Virus record (IMG/VR): IMGVR_UViG_3300023048_000002
Coordinates: 1-64,000 of that record
Length of the DNA: 64,000 bases
Strand: one strand, 5' to 3'
From: a virus
Taxonomy: Duplodnaviria; Caudoviricetes
Part shown: one piece after another, positions 7,722 through 16,890 of the stretch
How positions within the stretch are numbered: position 1 is the stretch's first letter
How the letters are laid out: every line of letters begins with the position of its first letter
Position numbers and translations under genes: made by a program
Notes under the pieces: generated by a model
What the model was told of the DNA's origin: nothing
Database searches by the model: none
What the model saw: the letters and a program-made list of their open reading frames with translations, nothing else

Positions 7722-8765
7722 TTATTTGATGTGACTCCATGATTCACCATCACGAATACGAGCAACCTGACGAGCAGAGATGTCGAAGCTTTCAGCAATG
7801 GCCTTTAGGGTCCACTGGTCCTTCAACATCTTACGGATTTCACGAACATCTTCCGCCATGATCTTGGCACCAGTCATCTGACTTGCAGGAAGTTCAACGT
7901 CTTCATCATCGCCTTCCTCTTCATCATCTGCCCAATAATCGGAATCTTCTTCCTCTTCTTCTGAAGATTCATCAAAATCTTCTTCGTCCTCAACATCCTC
8001 AACTTCCTCATTATACTCTTCAGTATAGTAATCAGTGATACGTTCATCAGTTTCGATTTCATCGACTACTTCGTACTTCCAGCAACGTCCCTTAGAGAAG
8101 TTATAATCAACTGGAATGGAAACCACATCAGCCGGATCGATCTTGACAATCATCAAACGATGACCTTTAGTTGCGAAACCACTGCTTAGATAATCCATGG
8201 AGCAGAAGTGTAGGCCAACTGAGCATGTATTGTTACGATTAGCATCAACATCTTCACGCTTCATTTCTGGCTTATCACCAACCTTGTTACTAACAGTTCC
8301 ACTATAGATATCACGATAGTCATTACGGACCATCTTATATGCTAGGAAGTAGCCCTCAGGTGTGAATGGGAGAGAATTCTTTTCTAGGAAAAGGAATAGC
8401 TCATCACGGCTGAACTGGTTTGGGTTAAGTGATACGCGTTCAAGGAAGCGACAGAACGGCTGAATATTAATACCATCCTTGAACAAAGAAATTACACGGG
8501 TAGCAATACCACTGGCAATAGGCTTCTTATCAAGATAGATTTCGTCACCTACGATTTCAACACGACCGTCAGTGTGATCGGCAATGTAGGTACGAATGTT
8601 TAGTAATGCAGGAATAGCATCCCAATTCCCTGCTTTAAGATGTTTTAGAATCTCTTCGTAATTAATTGCAGACTTTGGGATGGTGTGGAGGCCGGTTTTA
8701 CCATTGATCTTAGCAACGATCACGATAGAACCATCAGCCTTATAATTGAAACCGATGTTGGACAT
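7722..8765 (-). CDS. rIIB: RIIB lysis inhibitor-like protein with acidic tract and C-terminal HTH
   Basis: GYFLAYK, TCSVGLHFCS, VKIDPADVVSIPVDYNFSKGRC motifs; follows rIIA. Confidence 0.92.
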   Translation of the reverse strand: MSNIGFNYKADGSIVIVAKINGKTGLHTIPKSAINYEEILKHLKAGNWDAIPALLNIRTYIADHTDGRVEIVGDEIYLDKKPIASGIATRVISLFKDGINIQPFCRFLERVSLNPNQFSRDELFLFLEKNSLPFTPEGYFLAYKMVRNDYRDIYSGTVSNKVGDKPEMKREDVDANRNNTCSVGLHFCSMDYLSSGFATKGHRLMIVKIDPADVVSIPVDYNFSKGRCWKYEVVDEIETDERITDYYTEEYNEEVEDVEDEEDFDESSEEEEEDSDYWADDEEEGDDEDVELPASQMTGAKIMAEDVREIRKMLKDQWTLKAIAESFDISARQVARIRDGESWSHIK

Positions 8766-8798
8766 TGTGTTACTCCGTTTGTGGATTTAAATATGATA

Positions 8799-10991
8799 TC
8801 ACTTTTTATCATTAACAAGCAAGATATAATCAGTCATTTTAGCTGATCGCTTTTTCTGTTCGGGTGAAATAGTTCCACTATAATTGTAACCTTCAGTTAC
8901 AAACTCTAATAATGGATACGTATCATTATATTCTTTTACCAATTTTAAAACTTTAGCCGAAACATTATTGTAGATATATTTGTGGTCTAGATTTGAGCTA
9001 ACAACATTCTTATTAAAGATTTTCTTAGCTACTGAACCATTAGCAGTAATACTTTTATTGATACGAGCAACGTACTTGTCTGCAATACGACGAATCCTCT
9101 GCATACGTTTTGGTTCAAATGTTTTCGGCAAACGTGCAATATCATTAGGTTGCCAGATATTCAATTTGACTGTTGTTGCATGATTTGAAATTAAATTACT
9201 AACTGCTACCGCTGACTTGTAACGTGTCAATGAAAGATCAGTTTTAATTACTTTCTTTTCCATCTCATTAAGTAATTCCCTTGCCTTTTCAATAGCACAA
9301 GAAAAATTAGGGTTACTCTTCAGAAGATCAGCCTTTGACTCTTTGATTGCATAGATAGGTGCATCAAAATTACTCAAGATCAAGTCAATAAGATTCACCT
9401 CATCCTGTGTGATTTTCAATCGTGGATAGGTTTCAAATTCCAGATAATAGCCTTTCTCAAGCTCTTCTTCATCATAGGTACGAATCCAATGAACGATAGA
9501 ATCGAGATTGATAGTACCTTTATTAATCCAGCTATACACAATAGGCGTTCCACGAACAGCACGACTATTCTTAGGAGGTTCTGGAAGAGTAGAAACACGT
9601 TGTAGTTTCAATCCGCCAAGAAGTGTATTGAAGTTATCAATATATGCATCATCAACATGTGAGCCACCTTCCTTATGTTCAAGAAGGTAAACATCATCGG
9701 CTGGATGTTCCATAGCATAATTTTTGATTCGTGCAATAGCAGCTTTTGTTTCATCACGAATAAAAATCTTTACATCCGATGATGCAGTAATCAAAAGCTC
9801 ATGACCACTCCAATATGCACGCTTACCATTATTTGATACTGATGAGAAATAGAAGTTTTTATCATTCTTATCACTTAACCAAGATTTGGTAAGCTTTAGT
9901 TGATATGATTGTGATCCACCACCAACTACACTGATTGGAGAAGCACCAAATGTTCCATTAACACCAAACTTAACACCAGCAAGGCTAGCCATACCACGAT
10001 TGGCATAATCGGCATTGAGGAAAATCAAACGTTCCCAATCGGTTGGAATAGCCTTAAGCTTTTCAACCGATTCCTTGAAAATATGTGGTGATACGTTACC
10101 AATGAACTGTTCAATACTTGAAATGGTGTGTGTGCTGTATGAAATACCTTCACGGCTTACCGTTACTTCAATTTCACCAATATCAAAATTTAGAACACCA
10201 GATGAATACACATCAAAGAAGCGAAGGTTATCAGCATTTTTAATTTTTGTCTTGAATTGATTAAGATCAAGAGGATAGCCCACCTGACCCTGAACGATCC
10301 AAAGACCACTGATGTCTTTTGATGTATAAAATTTACCGTAGTCATCCTTAATAGTTACGTTGGGGATGGTGAAGTCCGTAGTAGCATTGGTCAGGATAGG
10401 CTTTACTTTAAAGAACTTAAGCTGTGACTGGATGGCCGCACGGAAGCGGTTGGCGTCATCACGCTCAACAGCCATATGGACCTCAACGCCATTATGCTCA
10501 TCTGTCTCTTCCGAGAACATAAGATCAAGCTTAGGAATACCCTCAGCGTTCTTCATAACGGTATAGTGGCTCTTGATACCCTCATGGATAGAGACTACAG
10601 TAAAGGAATCGGTGTAAGAGAATGGGGTCTTTGACCCAAGACCGAAGCCACCGATAGCATCATTCGACTTATCCTTGTTCGACTTGAATAGAACAGTGTA
10701 GATACCTTTCATGTCAGCATGAGATAGACCTAGACCGAAATCCTTGATACCGAGATATGGTTCATAGATAGATGGTACATGAACTTCGAAAGCACGATCA
10801 GGCTGACCACTCATCACATGAGAGTCGAGAGCATTGCAGCAGAGTTCACGAACAATTGATTCGGGTTTATTCTGGTAGAGAGTATCAGAGAATAGCTTAA
10901 ATGCTTTCCCATCAATCGCGAAACTAAAGGCTTCACTATCTAGAACACCAGACGAGAATGTATCGCCTGATTGATTATGATTAATACGCAT
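8799..10991 (-). CDS. rIIA: RIIA protein (GHKL/HATPase_c N-terminus)
   Basis: LY..K.ESIVRELCCNALDSH, DFGLG, GGFGLGSKTPFSYTDSF. Confidence 0.93.
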   Translation of the reverse strand: MRINHNQSGDTFSSGVLDSEAFSFAIDGKAFKLFSDTLYQNKPESIVRELCCNALDSHVMSGQPDRAFEVHVPSIYEPYLGIKDFGLGLSHADMKGIYTVLFKSNKDKSNDAIGGFGLGSKTPFSYTDSFTVVSIHEGIKSHYTVMKNAEGIPKLDLMFSEETDEHNGVEVHMAVERDDANRFRAAIQSQLKFFKVKPILTNATTDFTIPNVTIKDDYGKFYTSKDISGLWIVQGQVGYPLDLNQFKTKIKNADNLRFFDVYSSGVLNFDIGEIEVTVSREGISYSTHTISSIEQFIGNVSPHIFKESVEKLKAIPTDWERLIFLNADYANRGMASLAGVKFGVNGTFGASPISVVGGGSQSYQLKLTKSWLSDKNDKNFYFSSVSNNGKRAYWSGHELLITASSDVKIFIRDETKAAIARIKNYAMEHPADDVYLLEHKEGGSHVDDAYIDNFNTLLGGLKLQRVSTLPEPPKNSRAVRGTPIVYSWINKGTINLDSIVHWIRTYDEEELEKGYYLEFETYPRLKITQDEVNLIDLILSNFDAPIYAIKESKADLLKSNPNFSCAIEKARELLNEMEKKVIKTDLSLTRYKSAVAVSNLISNHATTVKLNIWQPNDIARLPKTFEPKRMQRIRRIADKYVARINKSITANGSVAKKIFNKNVVSSNLDHKYIYNNVSAKVLKLVKEYNDTYPLLEFVTEGYNYSGTISPEQKKRSAKMTDYILLVNDKK

Positions 10992-11057
10992 GGATAAAAC
11001 GACTCCGTGTAAATGATGTGAGAAAGCACTGAACTATAAATTCAATGCTTTTTTAAT

Positions 11058-11291
11058 TCAAGGGGTAAGTGTGATGTAGAATTTGGCGAGGCATTTACCA
11101 TCAACCATTTTCTTAATTGTTTCGACAGGAAGCAAATCATCCAACTGCTTCAGTAAGATACCACTAGGATCAGCAATACCTTTAATTGCATTGTACTGGT
11201 AGACACACTTGCGAGCTTCACGTTCAATTAAAGAAAAGTCAGGAGTCTTCATCTGCCCATTCTCCCAAACATAATACATAACTGGACTCAT
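11058..11291 (-). CDS. hypothetical protein
   Basis: Likely start MSPVM after an AAGGA RBS. Confidence 0.5.
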   Translation of the reverse strand: MSPVMYYVWENGQMKTPDFSLIEREARKCVYQYNAIKGIADPSGILLKQLDDLLPVETIKKMVDGKCLAKFYITLTP

Positions 11292-11292
11292 A

Positions 11293-11526
11293 TTATTTCC
11301 TTTTGTTATATCGAGGTGATCCAGATGCAAAGGACAAGATATATCGGTACAATATCACACAGACCACAAAAATAACAACGAAGATCATGACTGACCAGAA
11401 CCACCCGATGCCAAGGTGGAAGAAATAGATAAGAAAGATCACCGACCCGATCAGAGTAGCTGTGCCAGACAACCCGTAGATGAACTTACCAAATAGATAT
11501 TTGTTTATAAGGTCATGTTGTGACAT
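11293..11526 (-). CDS. two-TM membrane protein
   Basis: Hydrophobic helices; AGGAG RBS. Confidence 0.65.
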   Translation of the reverse strand: MSQHDLINKYLFGKFIYGLSGTATLIGSVIFLIYFFHLGIGWFWSVMIFVVIFVVCVILYRYILSFASGSPRYNKRK

Positions 11527-11609
11527 ATCGTTCTCCTATGTACCTTGTAAGATAGCAAGGATTCCATTACCAGTCAAGCTAATTCTTTATCTTTACAGTA
11601 ATAGATTTA

Positions 11610-11638
11610 TTGACACGACAAATGCTAAATGATATACT
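11610..11638 (+). promoter_or_regulatory. sigma70-type promoter facing a non-coding region
   Basis: TTGACA-17 nt-TATACT. Confidence 0.65.
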
Positions 11639-11922
11639 GGCGCTGTCACAGGTATGACCCTGAAGCCTTTCATCTTAAATTGATGACTATCAAACATTAA
11701 AAGAATACCTACCTCGCAACCCATGGTAGCCGATAGACAGAAACTATCTATAAAGAAAATCCACAACAACTTAAACCATATCTGGTATTAACATGAGCCA
11801 GGTGTGATAGCCTTGCACGTTCTTCACTTTAGAAGTTATTACTAATTGATTAACATATCTAAAACAAATATTAAAGATATGGGAAATGATTAGAAGCACC
11901 ACAACCCCCGGCCTGCGGTGAA

Positions 11923-11951
11923 ATTTTAGCTGATAGGTTAAGTAAAGTCAA
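11923..11951 (-). promoter_or_regulatory. sigma70-type promoter, convergent with the 11610 promoter
   Basis: TTGACT-17 nt-TAAAAT. Confidence 0.6.
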
Positions 11952-12030
11952 CAAGATAATTTAATTATAATGGATTTTCATAGATGTTGACAGATGATAG
12001 CTACATGATCATCTATAAAATTTAGACAAC

Positions 12031-12062
12031 AAAAAAGCCGCTGGTTTCCCAGCGGCTTTTTT
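12031..12062. terminator. bidirectional intrinsic terminator
   Basis: AAAAAAGCCGCTGG-TTTC-CCAGCGGCTTTTTT. Confidence 0.85.
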
Positions 12063-12078
12063 AGTTCTTACGCTTGCG

Positions 12079-12372
12079 TTAGTCGCGGGCGTAAGCGAAT
12101 AGATCGACTTCACGGATGACGGCATAGGTTTTGCCATCTAGAACAGTGCGAGATTTAACACTCACCTCATTGTAATATACCTTGTCACCAACCTGTACAG
12201 TGAGTGGATATTCACTTGTTTCACTTACAGCTACAATTTTACCGCTTAGGCCATCTGCGTACTTCTGGACTTCAGCGATGATGATACCAAATGATGTCTT
12301 GGTCTGAGAGACCTTAGGTGCTTCTTCTACGAAGACGAAATCATGTTCTGGCTTTAGGTTTAGTGTTGACAT
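12079..12372 (-). CDS. groES: GroES-like co-chaperonin
   Basis: LKP.HDFVFVE, T.FGIII, GKIVAV, VQVGDKV, YAVIREVDL. Confidence 0.85.
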   Translation of the reverse strand: MSTLNLKPEHDFVFVEEAPKVSQTKTSFGIIIAEVQKYADGLSGKIVAVSETSEYPLTVQVGDKVYYNEVSVKSRTVLDGKTYAVIREVDLFAYARD

Positions 12373-12402
12373 TGGTTTATGGATTCTCCTTGGATGCTAA
12401 AT

Positions 12403-12410
12403 TATAAATA
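12403..12410 (+). promoter_or_regulatory. T4 gp55-type late promoter
   Basis: TATAAATA; related ATAAATA boxes precede 13998, 18894, 37826, 50076 (+) and 24512, 36340, 63885 and the tRNA clusters (-). Confidence 0.7.
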
Positions 12411-12435
12411 TTTCATAATGTAAAGTCAAGCAATC

Positions 12436-13281
12436 ATGCAATCATTCAAACAATATCTATACGAAAAACTATCGTCTGTTCTTTACCACACGACCAGTGC
12501 CCAAGCGGCTGCTGCTATTTTAGGATTCAATAAGTTTCGTCTTACGCCTTCTATTGAAGGTGATATTGAAGATAAGCTTGGTAAACATGACTATTACATG
12601 AGCTTTTCTAGAAACAAAGGTTCTGATTTCGTTAAAGGCATGTTGAATGGTAGTAAACCTCTAGTTACCTTTGTTCTGAATGGTAACTTACTTTCACAGA
12701 AATATTCCGGTAAGCCAGTTGATTACTTCGCTGGTACAAAAATGAAAACCGATGAATTTGAGGATCGCCTATTCTCAAATCAGCCATTTATCGCACCAGC
12801 GAGAAACTATATTAAAGAAATCCATTGCTTCATACCTAATGGAAGACTAGATAAGTATACGGCTCCACTCAATAATAATGCAGAAGATAGAAGCGTTGCT
12901 ATATACTTCTACAGCGATCCAAGGGCTTTCATGATCCTTAATAAAGCCAAAGCCATCAAACCTCAAGATGAGTCTTCTGTAGTTGAGCCAGAAGAGAAGA
13001 AAGAATTGGCTACAGCCGGTGGTGGTAGAGCCGACTATGAGTCAGTCATTACCATCTTACACAAAGACCCAAGTAATCTTGATCATGAGGATAAAGTAAC
13101 ATTAAGTTACATGTCAGATGGCAATAGCCGTAGAGCTATGGGACAACGTATCTTGTCCTATCTAAAGAAGAATATTAACAGCGAATATGATAATGTTGTT
13201 CAATATAAAGAAATAATGAAAAACTCCGGGTCAAAGGATGTGGATGACCTATTAACAAAAATTTATAAGGCATACAAATGA
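12436..13281 (+). CDS. putative internal head (ejected) protein
   Basis: N-terminus MQSFKQYLYE resembles the T4 capsid-targeting sequence; late promoter; LYHTT...SFSR...EFEDR motifs. Confidence 0.6.
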   Translation: MQSFKQYLYEKLSSVLYHTTSAQAAAAILGFNKFRLTPSIEGDIEDKLGKHDYYMSFSRNKGSDFVKGMLNGSKPLVTFVLNGNLLSQKYSGKPVDYFAGTKMKTDEFEDRLFSNQPFIAPARNYIKEIHCFIPNGRLDKYTAPLNNNAEDRSVAIYFYSDPRAFMILNKAKAIKPQDESSVVEPEEKKELATAGGGRADYESVITILHKDPSNLDHEDKVTLSYMSDGNSRRAMGQRILSYLKKNINSEYDNVVQYKEIMKNSGSKDVDDLLTKIYKAYK

Positions 13282-13505
13282 GAAAAAAGATTTACGGTTG
13301 GACTAACTTAATTATAGGTGTCATATTCTTTGGATTCTTTTCCTTCGTTCTCTTTTTAGGAGTTACCGGGATATCCACTGATCCAGTAGGATTTTCAGTC
13401 ACTAATTCGGTATTAGTATTGATCATTGGTATCTTAGGTGTTGTTGAGGGCGTCAGAGTTTTCCTTCGTGGACTAAAGTTCATAAAGAAGGACAAACAGG
13501 TTTAA
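13278..13505 (+). CDS. two-TM membrane protein
   Basis: Hydrophobic helices; ATGA overlap. Confidence 0.6.
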   Translation: MRKKIYGWTNLIIGVIFFGFFSFVLFLGVTGISTDPVGFSVTNSVLVLIIGILGVVEGVRVFLRGLKFIKKDKQV

Positions 13506-13950
13506 TCCAAGGCTTATCAATATAGAAAGTGTTGAGATGACATACCAGTGACTTAGGGTCTGCGTTCATTCCATCTTTTCTAGTAATTATTTTAGTCACT
13601 GGGTCAACTGTAACTTCAATACCCCCAAAGAATTGCTCATCAAATTCAGTCTTCTCTTCGACTGAAACTTTAGAGTTCCCATCTACGTCTGCTCTTTCAG
13701 TAAGAATTTCATTATATTTTTTCCAGAAACCCTCATACCCTTTAATGGTTGATCCTTCACTGAGTATTTTGTTATCATAGAACTGTTGATCCATCTTGAC
13801 TGATTTCTGTTGTTTCAGGTATAATGGAACGAAGATTGCTATGCCTATCAATAAAATTACTGATAGTATAAGTGTCTCTGTAGTTTGCGAGATGTGATTG
13901 TGTTTCAATTTCATAGTCTTATCCTCAAAATTATTTATTTCAAAAAACAT
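13480..13950 (-). CDS. membrane-anchored protein with EF-hand-like loop
   Basis: TM helix; ADVDGNSKVSVEE; start uncertain. Confidence 0.55.
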   Translation of the reverse strand: MFFEINNFEDKTMKLKHNHISQTTETLILSVILLIGIAIFVPLYLKQQKSVKMDQQFYDNKILSEGSTIKGYEGFWKKYNEILTERADVDGNSKVSVEEKTEFDEQFFGGIEVTVDPVTKIITRKDGMNADPKSLVCHLNTFYIDKPWIKPVCPSL

Positions 13951-13997
13951 GTGAAGACATAAAGCTTGGATAAATAATTGATCAAACGGAAACTGAT

Positions 13998-14291
13998 ATG
14001 AAGAAAATTTTGATGCTCTCTGCTGTAATGTTCATGTCCGCATGTGCAGCGCAGGAGGTGAAACCTCAACAGCTAGACCTGTCTCAAATACACAATGATG
14101 TCTATGTAACATGTAATTCTAAGTTAGATCATAGTGAATTAGATTATCTTAAGTCTCAACGACATGATGACCAATCCACTATTTTTAATGGATTTATCAT
14201 TTCACAAGTAGTAGATGTCAGTGGAAAGCACTGGTCTATTAACCAAACTGAATGGACAAATTATATTTGTTCTGAAAAAACCCTACCATAA
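13998..14291 (+). CDS. putative lipoprotein
   Basis: Signal peptide with lipobox MSAC. Confidence 0.65.
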   Translation: MKKILMLSAVMFMSACAAQEVKPQQLDLSQIHNDVYVTCNSKLDHSELDYLKSQRHDDQSTIFNGFIISQVVDVSGKHWSINQTEWTNYICSEKTLP

Positions 14292-14305
14292 TCAAGGAAA
14301 TTAAA

Positions 14306-14632
14306 ATGAAGTTAGCTGATATTGCAAAGGCTCTTACTGAGTCAAAGACCGAAGACGAAACACCAGACAACGCACCGGCACCAAAAGGTGACGAAGTTAC
14401 CACAGCGCAGGCTGCTAAGATTCTTGGCGTAAGCATGGCTCGTGTTCGTCAGTATAAAGAAGAAGGCAAGCTATCTGCCTCTAGCGAACCAGAACCGGGT
14501 TCACGCGATAATAAGTTCAAGTTGAGTGCTGTTGAAAAGTTGAAGTCAGAACAGGGTTCTGATGGTGAACTAAAGCGCACTGGTCGCCCTAAGGGTTCAA
14601 CAGAAGACAAGTCAAAGTCTAAGGAAGACTAA
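14306..14632 (+). CDS. MerR/Xis-like HTH DNA-binding protein with AT-hook-like GRPK
   Basis: TTAQAAKILGVSMARVRQYKEEGKL; TGRPKGS. Confidence 0.75.
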   Translation: MKLADIAKALTESKTEDETPDNAPAPKGDEVTTAQAAKILGVSMARVRQYKEEGKLSASSEPEPGSRDNKFKLSAVEKLKSEQGSDGELKRTGRPKGSTEDKSKSKED

Positions 14633-14634
14633 TC

Positions 14635-15198
14635 ATGAATTATCCATTACTAGAAACTCTGCTAATGGAATTCGTTGACAATCGTGCTGGAATGCAAAAA
14701 CGTTCCAGCACGAGTGGCAAGCAGGCATCTAAAGAATTTGATGGAAAGGCTATCTGCGAAACTAAGATGAATGGTGCTATTGTAGGCATCAGTAGTTATG
14801 ATATACAGATTGATCCTCAGTTTCAGGGTTCTTATCGTTCAGGTGGTTTCGGCCATCCTGATAATCGTTTTCCTGATGAACAGCCTGAACTAGTTGGCTA
14901 TAGTGCAACTGTTGATATGTTCTCTGTTCTAATCAAACCCGAAAACAACAAGGAAGTCATATATGAAGTGGCATTCACATCTGATGCGTCTACTGACAGT
15001 ATTGAATCTGCCTTTAGAATGATGATCGATGGTGAGGCTATGTTCTACATGTACACGGCTGAAGATAACTTCAAACAGGCTGAACCAGCACCAGCAAATA
15101 GTGAACGCAAACTGCTTGACATTTCAAAAAATTACGTGCTAAATAATGATTGCTATGGCGAAGAGATTGTTAGTAGCCATGTTGAGTTCATGCAATAA
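14635..15198 (+). CDS. hypothetical protein (possible internal head protein)
   Basis: ORF; N-terminus LLETLLME. Confidence 0.55.
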   Translation: MNYPLLETLLMEFVDNRAGMQKRSSTSGKQASKEFDGKAICETKMNGAIVGISSYDIQIDPQFQGSYRSGGFGHPDNRFPDEQPELVGYSATVDMFSVLIKPENNKEVIYEVAFTSDASTDSIESAFRMMIDGEAMFYMYTAEDNFKQAEPAPANSERKLLDISKNYVLNNDCYGEEIVSSHVEFMQ

Positions 15199-15213
15199 TT
15201 ATTAGGAGTATGT

Positions 15214-15501
15214 ATGAGAATTGAAATTTACGGTACAAGAACTTGCCCATTCTGCCATAAGGCAAAAGAAGCATGTAAGTCAGCATGTAAGTCCTATGCA
15301 GATATTTACGTTGGTGAAGATGGTGTAACCAAAGAAACTATCCAGAAGCGTGTTGATGGGCTAGGTCTAAAGGTTGAAGTTAAAACTGTTCCTCAGATTT
15401 TCGTTGATGGTGAATATGTCGGTGGATACACTGATCTGGTCAAGAAATATGATTGGGCAAGACAGTACAACTCATCTACTCTGGTCAAAAAGCCAGTATA
15501 A
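15214..15501 (+). CDS. glutaredoxin
   Basis: CPFC and TVPQIFVDGEYVGGY. Confidence 0.9.
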   Translation: MRIEIYGTRTCPFCHKAKEACKSACKSYADIYVGEDGVTKETIQKRVDGLGLKVEVKTVPQIFVDGEYVGGYTDLVKKYDWARQYNSSTLVKKPV

Positions 15502-15502
15502 A

Positions 15503-15528
15503 AGAAAGCCCGCGAAAGCGGGCTTTTT
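15503..15528. terminator. bidirectional terminator (repeated family)
   Basis: AAAGCCCGCGAAAGCGGGCTTTT; copies at 22376-22401 and inverted at 50445-50470. Confidence 0.85.
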
Positions 15529-15529
15529 A

Positions 15530-16840
15530 TTACTCAAAATCTTTTAAGTGGTAATTGTGACATTCCTTGGGAACCCAATTGAAAGCACCATGCTCACTAA
15601 TAAACCAATGCCAGTTTTGGGGCTTTTCTGGTACAACCTTAGTACCATGACCGTCAGTTACCACGAACACGCCTTCAGGATATTTTTTATTCTCGCTTTT
15701 CATGATGTTCTGGATAGCTGATTCAATAATACCAAAGTTAGTACCACCACCTAAATGAGCCTTCCCTGACTCTAGAGACGTTTCCTCTACATAATCATGG
15801 AAGCAGAATAGGCGAACATCAAAGCGCTCACTAGGAAGCGTTGCAGCAGCTTTAAAGAAGCGTTCAGCTAAATGATGACACGATCCAGATGTATCCAAGA
15901 AGAAAAATACCTGAAGACGATCTTTCTTTAGATTTGGAACTTCTTGTTCAACTGAGTTAGGAATCATTAAATCATTACCAATTAAGAAATAGCGTCGATT
16001 CCTAACTGCCCATTGATCTACATACTTCTCTTTAATACCAACACGCTTGAGTGCCCATTTCTTAATAATGGTTTCCCATTTTTTCTTTTTAACCTTTGGA
16101 ACATCGAAGTATGTCCACTGGCCGGGACCACCACCTTTACCAGCTTCTCCATTAGGAACAGGATCACCATGCTTTTCAAGGATATCCTGAATAGCATTTT
16201 TATCTTCGTTATTGAGCATTTCGTTAAGTTTGTCAATAACGGAAGATGCATCACCACCTTCACCTTCAGTATCTGACGGATCACCATCACCGGGAGAACT
16301 GAAACTAGCATGTGAATCTACTGTTTCAGCATCATCGGGTAATTCACCAGCTTCCTTCTTTTTCTGTAACAGATTATAATAAAATTCAAGAGTTCCATTT
16401 GTAGGGATATTATCTTCAGGTTTAAAAAACTTATCTACCCAACAATAACGATTGTCAGGATCAATTAAGTCTCTGTCCATACCAAAGCGTTCAACCAACA
16501 TATGGTTATCAACCAAGTCTGCTGCTTTATTTGCAAGCATGGCATCATCGAAATCTTTCATTCGCTTTGGATGATTCAAAATAACATGAATGCATTCATG
16601 GGCAGCAACAAAGCATTTCTGATAAACGCTCTGTTCATTCCAAAAGCCCTGATTAATATCAAATCTGATAAAATCTCCGGTCTTCTTGTCAAACCAGATT
16701 GCAGCAGTCGGTTGACGACTACTGAAGTAAGGAATGCCAAGCTGCCAAAATATTTTAAAGACTGCGTGGTATGGTTGAAGGTGAAAAGATAATGCATTTA
16801 TCTCATCCGACTTCATTGGATATTCATAAGTACTTGACAT
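15530..16840 (-). CDS. metallopeptidase + VWA-like (DUF2201-type) MoxR partner
   Basis: HECIH, NKAAD; C-terminal DTSGS, GGGT, VTDG MIDAS motifs. Confidence 0.85.
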   Translation of the reverse strand: MSSTYEYPMKSDEINALSFHLQPYHAVFKIFWQLGIPYFSSRQPTAAIWFDKKTGDFIRFDINQGFWNEQSVYQKCFVAAHECIHVILNHPKRMKDFDDAMLANKAADLVDNHMLVERFGMDRDLIDPDNRYCWVDKFFKPEDNIPTNGTLEFYYNLLQKKKEAGELPDDAETVDSHASFSSPGDGDPSDTEGEGGDASSVIDKLNEMLNNEDKNAIQDILEKHGDPVPNGEAGKGGGPGQWTYFDVPKVKKKKWETIIKKWALKRVGIKEKYVDQWAVRNRRYFLIGNDLMIPNSVEQEVPNLKKDRLQVFFFLDTSGSCHHLAERFFKAAATLPSERFDVRLFCFHDYVEETSLESGKAHLGGGTNFGIIESAIQNIMKSENKKYPEGVFVVTDGHGTKVVPEKPQNWHWFISEHGAFNWVPKECHNYHLKDFE

Positions 16841-16890
16841 AGTTTAACCGTGATAGATGATGTTGTTTATGCTAGCAGTTTAATGTAATA

